From NCBI RefSeq assembly GCF_013299185.1, contig NZ_JAAFKG010000040.1, positions 2,867 through 66,866 of the forward strand: 64,000 bases of DNA. Direction: 5' to 3'. This stretch comes from Microcoleus sp. bin48.metabat.b7b8b9.023. Lineage in GTDB: Bacteria; Cyanobacteriota; Cyanobacteriia; Cyanobacteriales; Microcoleaceae. Below, one piece after another: positions 58,368 to 64,000 of this stretch. The number at the start of each line of letters is the position of its first letter. Position 1 is the first letter of the stretch. Below the pieces are notes generated by a model. That model was given only the letters and a program-made list of their open reading frames with translations, did no database searches and was not told where the DNA came from. The position numbers and the translations under genes were made by a program.

Positions 58368-58653
58368 TATTTGCAGTTTTTCTAGTGTGAACAGTAGATT
58401 TTTAGTAGATGCAGAATATGGCCTGATGGCTTTATTTAGTTAGACTTGGTACTTGCTAGCTATGCACTCATTATCCGAAGTCACGGATAGACAAAAAAAT
58501 AGCTGTTTTTTGTCCTCTTTTTACCCTAAACAAAGCCCAAGAGCTTCCCTCTTTCCTCCTCCTTTGTCCTTCTTCCATCGGACTTCCATCCGTTACATCC
58601 GTTACATCCGTTACATTCCGTACATTGCTCGTTGCCGAACTTCCTTCCCCAAT

Positions 58654-59634
58654 CTACCGATTTTGCAAGCGTTTGCGAGTGACGGCACGGGAGGCTAAGC
58701 TGGTGAGCAAAACCATACCCAAAAGGACAGAAGCCGCAGTCCACGCCAATTCGTTCTGCTCCTTGTAAGGAGAGCTGGCGTAACTGTATATTAATACAGA
58801 CATAGAAGGAGTTGGAGTTAGCAGTGTCTGGGGAATTTCTTGGATTTTTGAGATAGTTTCTGCGCCCATGGGGGACTGAACTATCTCGCCCAATTTCTCA
58901 ACTAAAGGAGGCCAAAATTGGCTGGACAAGGCAGTTACAATTAGCGGTGCAGTTTCGCCGGCAGCGCGGGAAGCTGCTAGTAAAATGCCTGTGGTAATAG
59001 TTGGGAGCGCTGAGGGAATAACAATCCGAAACATTGTTTGAAAGCGTCCGCCTCCCAAACCAGCAGAAGCGAGGCGGTAAGAAGCAGGCACTAATTTTAA
59101 TGCTTGTTCTGTTGTCAGCGCTACAACCGGCAGCATGATAATCCCCAGCGCGAAACCGCCGGCAAATCCTGAGAATGACTTAGTTGTCACAACAATTAAA
59201 GCGTAGGCAAACACGCCGACAACAATTGACGGAACGCTACTCAGAATGACGGTGATAAAGCGGATAGTATTTGCTATAGCTTTATTGTCTCTGCCAAACT
59301 CTGACAAAAATATTCCCGTCATCACGCCGATTGGCACGCTCAATAATGTGGCAATTCCTACCATTAAAGCTGTACCGAGAATCGCATTGGCAAAGCCGTT
59401 GGGCTGGTCTTCGACTCCGACGGGTGCGGGCAGAGACACTAGCACTTCCCAGCTTAAATGTGCCAGTCCTTCACCCAGAATTTTGTACAAAATAGCGAAC
59501 AAAGGCAGCAGAGCCAGACCTGTAAGAGAGAATGCAATAACTGTCATTCCCCGGCTAAACAAATTTCGGCTCAGCGACAGGGGATTGTTGATTTCTGCAT
59601 CTAGAATACTGTGGGATTTTTGTGATTGAGTCAT
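58654..59634 (-). CDS. pstA: phosphate ABC transporter permease PstA
   Basis: 6-TM permease with an EAA-like loop (AASRAAGETAPLIV). Second permease of the pstSCAB order. Confidence 0.88.
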   Translation of the reverse strand: MTQSQKSHSILDAEINNPLSLSRNLFSRGMTVIAFSLTGLALLPLFAILYKILGEGLAHLSWEVLVSLPAPVGVEDQPNGFANAILGTALMVGIATLLSVPIGVMTGIFLSEFGRDNKAIANTIRFITVILSSVPSIVVGVFAYALIVVTTKSFSGFAGGFALGIIMLPVVALTTEQALKLVPASYRLASAGLGGGRFQTMFRIVIPSALPTITTGILLAASRAAGETAPLIVTALSSQFWPPLVEKLGEIVQSPMGAETISKIQEIPQTLLTPTPSMSVLIYSYASSPYKEQNELAWTAASVLLGMVLLTSLASRAVTRKRLQNR

Positions 59635-59636
59635 GG

Positions 59637-60740
59637 TTAATTCTTAGCTCCCTTAACGCCGATTAGCTGCACTAGCAATACTGCGACTGCGTTCACCAAT
59701 AAGGTAATCACAAATAGAATTAGGGCTAAATACATTAAAGAACCGACGTGCAGTTCTTCTTGAGCTTCCCGAAATTGACTTGCTAAAACAGCGGGGATTG
59801 AGTAGGCGGGAGCTAATATAGATGGGTTGATTTGAATCGAGTTGCCAATTACCATTGTGACTGCCATTGTTTCGCCCAAGGCGCGTCCCAATGCCAAGAT
59901 GGTCGCTCCGATAATTCCGGAACTTGCTGCTGGTAATAACAGCTTAAATATGGTTTCCCAGCGGGTAGCACCCAGTGACATTGAAGCACTTCGCAAATCT
60001 ACGGGAACCGACAGCAAAACATCACGGCTGATGGCGGCGACTGTCGGCAAAATCATAATCGATAAAAGTATGCCGGCGGGCAGCATTCCCGGCCCAAAAG
60101 GTTCGCTGCTGAATAGGGGAAACCAACTAAAATTGTTGAACAGCGACTGCTGTAAAGGCAGCAGAAAGGGAATTAATACGAAGATGCCCCACAGGCCAAC
60201 GATGACGCTGGGAATGGCTGAGATTAATTCAACCATGAATCCTAAGGGCGATCGCACCCAAGCAGGCAAAAAGTTCTCGCTGGTCACGATCGCGACTGAC
60301 AGTCCTAGAGGAATTGCTATGATAATGGCGATCGCAGAACTAACTACTGTACCGTAAATAAAAGGCAGAGCCCCAAACTGCAACTCACCGATATCCCATT
60401 TGGGATTCCACAAAAAATCTAGTCCAAATTTGCTAATAGCCGGCCAAGCATCCTTAAAAATTATCTCGCTCATCCAGAACAGCGTACCCGCCGTGGCTAT
60501 AGCAAAAGCCCATACAAATCCTGTAAATCCCGACTCCAGCCACAAACCTTCACCCTTCGTATCAGTCAAGTCTACGTGGGTGGTGATTCCAGCAGACTTC
60601 CCAGTCGATTTTTTCAGTTTCTTTGAAGAATTGGTCATACCCAAGTTATGCCGTAAACAGAGAAATTTTTGATTGATGAAAGAGATAGCATAGTGCCTGC
60701 ACATTAAATAAATGCAACGTATGAGTTTTGAGCCATACAA
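59637..60740 (-). CDS. pstC: phosphate ABC transporter permease PstC
   Basis: ELISAIPSVIVGLWGIFVLIP and ALGRALGETMAVTMVIG blocks. The likely start is the Met of MTNSSKKLKK at 60638. Confidence 0.88.
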   Translation of the reverse strand: MYGSKLIRCIYLMCRHYAISFINQKFLCLRHNLGMTNSSKKLKKSTGKSAGITTHVDLTDTKGEGLWLESGFTGFVWAFAIATAGTLFWMSEIIFKDAWPAISKFGLDFLWNPKWDIGELQFGALPFIYGTVVSSAIAIIIAIPLGLSVAIVTSENFLPAWVRSPLGFMVELISAIPSVIVGLWGIFVLIPFLLPLQQSLFNNFSWFPLFSSEPFGPGMLPAGILLSIMILPTVAAISRDVLLSVPVDLRSASMSLGATRWETIFKLLLPAASSGIIGATILALGRALGETMAVTMVIGNSIQINPSILAPAYSIPAVLASQFREAQEELHVGSLMYLALILFVITLLVNAVAVLLVQLIGVKGAKN

Positions 60741-60777
60741 TTAACTCAAAACTCATAACTCCCTGAAAATATTTTAA

Positions 60778-61806
60778 TTAACCTTTAGCAACTACACTCT
60801 GATTCACTGTTTGAATCACCTTTTGAGCTGTAGCTTGCGGAATAGATGTAAACTCTAATCCTTTGTTGAGACCTTGACCTGTAGTCAGCACCCAATTAAC
60901 CATCTTTTTAATAGCATCTGCTTTCGCAGCAGGATACTGTTTGTAGATTAACAACCAAGTCAAGCCAACAATCGGATATCCATCATTAGGATTTCCTTCA
61001 ACCAATCGGAAGTCTGCTGGGAATGTTTCCCCTGCAAAAGCTTTTTCGGCTTCTGCCAAGTTAGCATCTACAAATCTGCCAGCTTTATTTTGAATAAATG
61101 CTGTTTGCAGATTGTTTTGTCGAGCAAAAGTATCTTGAACGTAGCCAATTGCACCGGGTGTTTGTTTCACCAAACCAGCTACACCGGGGTTTCCTTGGCC
61201 GCTGAGGGGGCTACCAGGCCAACTCGGTTGAGCTGCACCTTTGATGCTGCTGCCAATAGCCTGCAAGTGATTAGCAAAAATAAAGGTTGTACCGCTGCTG
61301 TCTGCCCGTACAACTACTCGAATTGCAGTATTTGGCAAATTTTTAGCTTGTCCGGCAATCCCTGCGATTTTCGCATCATTCCAGCGGGTAATTTTGCCTT
61401 CAAAGATGCCTTTCATGGCATCGGCACTCAGCTTGACATTGCTAACTCCGGGCAAGTTGTAGACAACTGCAACCGCGCCGCCGGCAGTCGGAACTGCGAT
61501 GACGCCACGGCTTACCTGAGAGATTTGTGCAGAAGTCATCAGCGCGTCGCTGCCTGCGAAATCCACAGTACCTGCAATTAATGCTTTGATACCAGCGCCG
61601 GAACCTGTGCCTTCGTAGTTTACAGTAATTTGATTTGCACTTCTCATTTGAGAGAAGTAGCGATCGTACAAAGGTTTAGGAAAAGTGGCTCCCGAACCGT
61701 TTAATGTTACCGCAGCTACAGCAGAAGTAATCAAACTTAGCGAAAATGTTGCTACTGCTAGGGTAACGATAAAGCCACGTCGCCAGCCTTTAGTGAAGAA
61801 AACCAT
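60778..61806 (-). CDS. pstS: phosphate-binding protein PstS
   Basis: Signal peptide, then LNGSGATFPKPLY, YEGTGSGAGIKA and RADSSGTT blocks characteristic of PstS. Confidence 0.9.
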   Translation of the reverse strand: MVFFTKGWRRGFIVTLAVATFSLSLITSAVAAVTLNGSGATFPKPLYDRYFSQMRSANQITVNYEGTGSGAGIKALIAGTVDFAGSDALMTSAQISQVSRGVIAVPTAGGAVAVVYNLPGVSNVKLSADAMKGIFEGKITRWNDAKIAGIAGQAKNLPNTAIRVVVRADSSGTTFIFANHLQAIGSSIKGAAQPSWPGSPLSGQGNPGVAGLVKQTPGAIGYVQDTFARQNNLQTAFIQNKAGRFVDANLAEAEKAFAGETFPADFRLVEGNPNDGYPIVGLTWLLIYKQYPAAKADAIKKMVNWVLTTGQGLNKGLEFTSIPQATAQKVIQTVNQSVVAKG

Positions 61807-61904
61807 AACTCCTCGTCCTTAAATAATTCGATAGCAGACTTTGCAAATCTCCTCCATAGGATAGACTGAAATCCCCAAGTAAAAACAGCTAAAATAATAA
61901 GCTT

Positions 61905-61934
61905 TTTTTAAATTATGGTTAAAGTTGGGTTAAG
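61905..61934 (-). promoter_or_regulatory. Candidate Pho box (PhoB/SphR site) upstream of pstS
   Basis: Minus strand reads CTTAACCC aac TTTAACCA taa TTTAAAAA (then aag CTTATTAT). These are 8-bp PyTTAAPyPy(T/A)-like repeats in 11-bp phase, about 100-130 nt upstream of the pstS ATG. Confidence 0.5.
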
Positions 61935-61974
61935 CTTTTTGTCATTAAATAATGGCTTAATAGCAATAACAATC

Positions 61975-62006
61975 TTTTCTTAATCTTTGGTTAACATTAG
62001 TTTAAA
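61975..62006 (-). promoter_or_regulatory. Second candidate Pho-box cluster
   Basis: Minus strand reads GTTAACCA aag ATTAAGAA aag ATTGTTAT. The plus strand of the same DNA reads CTTAATCT ttg GTTAACAT tag TTTAAAAA. Confidence 0.35.
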
Positions 62007-62165
62007 AAAGTTAGGAAGTAGCGCTAGCGAAGCCATGGAAGAGGATCGCTCTTCGATCATCCTTATTGTTTTCTTAACCTTAGGTGTCGATCGCACTTCA
62101 ATGTCACAAAATTTGAAATTTCGACCATCCTGGATGCAACTGGCATTCTGATACGGGTTAATTTT

Positions 62166-62232
62166 GAGGTACGTTGTTGCGCTTGGGCGCTCTTCGATAT
62201 AGAAGAGAGCGCTTAAGCGCAACTACATACCT
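62166..62232. repeat. Imperfect hairpin of the GGTACGTTGTTGCGCTT family
   Basis: gaggtacgttgttgcgcttgggcgctcttc / gaagagagcgcttaagcgcaactacatacctt. Confidence 0.85.
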
Positions 62233-62350
62233 TTGGAGAATTCCTGACGGGACAACTACACCGCCCGTACTTTCGGCGCATTTGCGACTCGATCCCAAAC
62301 AGCCCGACGGCCATCATAATAAATAGATAACGTTAACAAATCTTAAAAAA

Positions 62351-63859
62351 ATGGCTAGAGACTTGCGAGGCTTCCTCAAACTGCTAGAAGACAGAGGACA
62401 ACTGCGCCGGATCAGCGCTTTAGTCGATTCCGACTTAGAAATTGCCGAAATTTCCAATCAAATGCTAGTCAAAGGCGGCCCCGGATTGCTGTTTGAGAAC
62501 GTCAAAGGGGCAGAATTCCCCGTCGCCATTAACCTGTTGGGCACGGAAGAACGGGTTTGCTGGGCGATGAACATGGAAAAGCCGATCGAACTTGAAGAAC
62601 TCGGCAAAAAATTAGGTATGCTACAACAGCCCAAACCGCCGAAAAAGATTTCCCAAGCTATAGAATTCGGGAAAGTCCTGTTCGACGTAGTCAAAGCCAA
62701 ACCGGGGCGCGACTTCTTCCCAGCTTGTCAGCAAGTGGTATTTGAGGGAGAAGGCGTCGATTTGAACAAAATCCCGATGATTCGCCCCTATCCGGGAGAT
62801 GCGGGCAAAATTATCACCCTCGGTTTGGTAATTACCAAGGATTGCGAAACGGGTACGCCGAATGTGGGGGTTTATCGGTTGCAGTTGCAGTCAAAAAACA
62901 CGATGACTGTACACTGGTTATCTGTCCGTGGCGGCGCGCGGCACTTGCGGAAAGCTGCACAAGCTGGTAAAAAGTTGGAAGTTGCGATCGCCCTGGGAGT
63001 TGACCCGCTAATCATTCTCGCCGCAGCAACCCCAATTCCTGTAGATTTGTCGGAATGGTTATTTGCCGGACTTTACGGCGGTTCCGGCGTCAGTTTAGCC
63101 AAGTGCAAAACCGTAGATTTAGAAGTACCGGCGGACTCGGAAATCGTGTTAGAAGGAACGATTACGCCTGGGGAAGTGTTACCCGACGGGCCTTTTGGCG
63201 ACCACATGGGTTATTACGGCGGCGTGGAAGATTCGCCGCTGGTTCGCTTCAACTGCATGACACACCGCAAAGATCCGATTTATTTAACCACATTTAGCGG
63301 GCGGCCGCCGAAAGAAGAGGCTATGATGGCGATCGCCCTGAATCGCATTTATACTCCTATTTTGCGGCAGCAAGTATCGGAAATTGTCGATTTCTTCTTG
63401 CCGATGGAAGCCCTGAGTTACAAAGCTGCAATTATCTCGATCGACAAAGCATATCCCGGTCAAGCAAGAAGAGCTGCTTTAGCATTTTGGAGTGCATTGC
63501 CACAGTTTACATACACCAAGTTTGTGATTGTTGTGGATAAAAGTATCAACATTCGCGACCCGCGTCAAGTAGTGTGGGCAATTAGTTCTAAAGTTGACCC
63601 AGTTAGAGACGTATTTATCTTGCCAAATACGCCCTTTGACACCTTAGATTTTGCCAGTGAAAAGCTTGGTTTGGGAGGCAGAATGGGGATTGATGCTACG
63701 ACGAAGATGCCGCCAGAAACCGATCACGAATGGGGTAAACCTTTGGAATCCGATCCGGATATGGCGGCGATGGTTCAGCGGCGTTGGGCTGAGTACGGTT
63801 TGGCCGATTTGAATTTGGGAGAAGTCGATCCGAATTTGTTTGGATATGAGATGAAGTAG
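62351..63859 (+). CDS. ubiD: UbiD-family (prenylated-FMN dependent) decarboxylase
   Basis: MARDLRGFLKLLEDRGQLRRI start, GPGLLFENVKG, VYRLQL and GPFGDHMGYYG blocks typical of UbiD/4-hydroxybenzoate decarboxylases. Confidence 0.9.
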   Translation: MARDLRGFLKLLEDRGQLRRISALVDSDLEIAEISNQMLVKGGPGLLFENVKGAEFPVAINLLGTEERVCWAMNMEKPIELEELGKKLGMLQQPKPPKKISQAIEFGKVLFDVVKAKPGRDFFPACQQVVFEGEGVDLNKIPMIRPYPGDAGKIITLGLVITKDCETGTPNVGVYRLQLQSKNTMTVHWLSVRGGARHLRKAAQAGKKLEVAIALGVDPLIILAAATPIPVDLSEWLFAGLYGGSGVSLAKCKTVDLEVPADSEIVLEGTITPGEVLPDGPFGDHMGYYGGVEDSPLVRFNCMTHRKDPIYLTTFSGRPPKEEAMMAIALNRIYTPILRQQVSEIVDFFLPMEALSYKAAIISIDKAYPGQARRAALAFWSALPQFTYTKFVIVVDKSINIRDPRQVVWAISSKVDPVRDVFILPNTPFDTLDFASEKLGLGGRMGIDATTKMPPETDHEWGKPLESDPDMAAMVQRRWAEYGLADLNLGEVDPNLFGYEMK

Positions 63860-63928
63860 GGAAACGGCACTGTCCATTAGCGTCAATTTAAGATTGAACA
63901 TTGAGTATTTCTTGTTTATATCAAAGTC

Positions 63929-64000
63929 TAGATCCCCCCTAGCCCCCCTTAATAAGGGGGGAACAAGAAATATTCTCAAAGTCCCCCTTCTTAAGGGGGA
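63929..64000. repeat. C5/G5 palindromic element, inverted copy, cut by window edge
   Basis: gatcccccctagccccccttaataaggggggaacaagaaatattctcaaagtcccccttcttaaggggga is the reverse-complement orientation of 7066-7150. Confidence 0.9.

Overview
This looks like a chromosomal segment of a cyanobacterium, probably a filamentous Oscillatoriales-type genome. That is an inference from three things: dense HIP1 palindromes (GCGATCGC), STRR-like heptamer arrays ((CAGTTGA)n, (GGGGCAT)n, (AAAATCT)n, (CAATAAC)n), and gene content (tandem flavodiiron genes, HPPD, a CPP1-like protein, GAF/PAS sensor kinases). About 40 protein genes can be supported on both strands. They include an alpha/beta hydrolase, CoaX, two sensor histidine kinases, two tandem flavodiiron proteins, an MCP, PgsA and a sugar phosphotransferase. 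There is also a 1441-aa coiled-coil/acidic/Hsp70-like protein, Crp and Usp regulators, a CobT-like protein, a PotD-like binding protein, a BFN nuclease with an AKR/Fe-S reductase, and RibE. An envelope cluster (GT2, polytopic membrane protein, M23 peptidase) is followed by PgeF, a HAD hydrolase, a PAS-GAF-GGDEF cyclase, a GNAT, HPPD, an SDR, an NYN/OST-HTH protein, an APC permease, GT25, pstSCAB with candidate Pho boxes, and UbiD. I found no rRNA, tRNA or CRISPR array by eye. Mobile DNA consists of one IS607-type element (serine-recombinase TnpA plus TnpB), one intact and one frameshifted IS1341-type tnpB-only element, and a nested MITE-like element. Intergenic DNA is saturated with at least six repeat families, several of them long tandem hairpin arrays. 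The best candidates for something new are four. (1) The IS607-associated TnpB has no zinc-finger cysteines, and its reading frame stays open for about 500 nt across tnpA. (2) The giant Hsp70-like protein sits immediately downstream of that IS. (3) A conserved module of about 105 nt occurs five times, always joined to a (CAGTTGA)n array and usually pointing at the next start codon. (4) Two tandem hairpin arrays (72 bp x7 and 67-68 bp x10) exactly fill gene spacers. All family calls are motif recognition by eye. No database search, folding or statistics could be run, so start codons and element borders are approximate.
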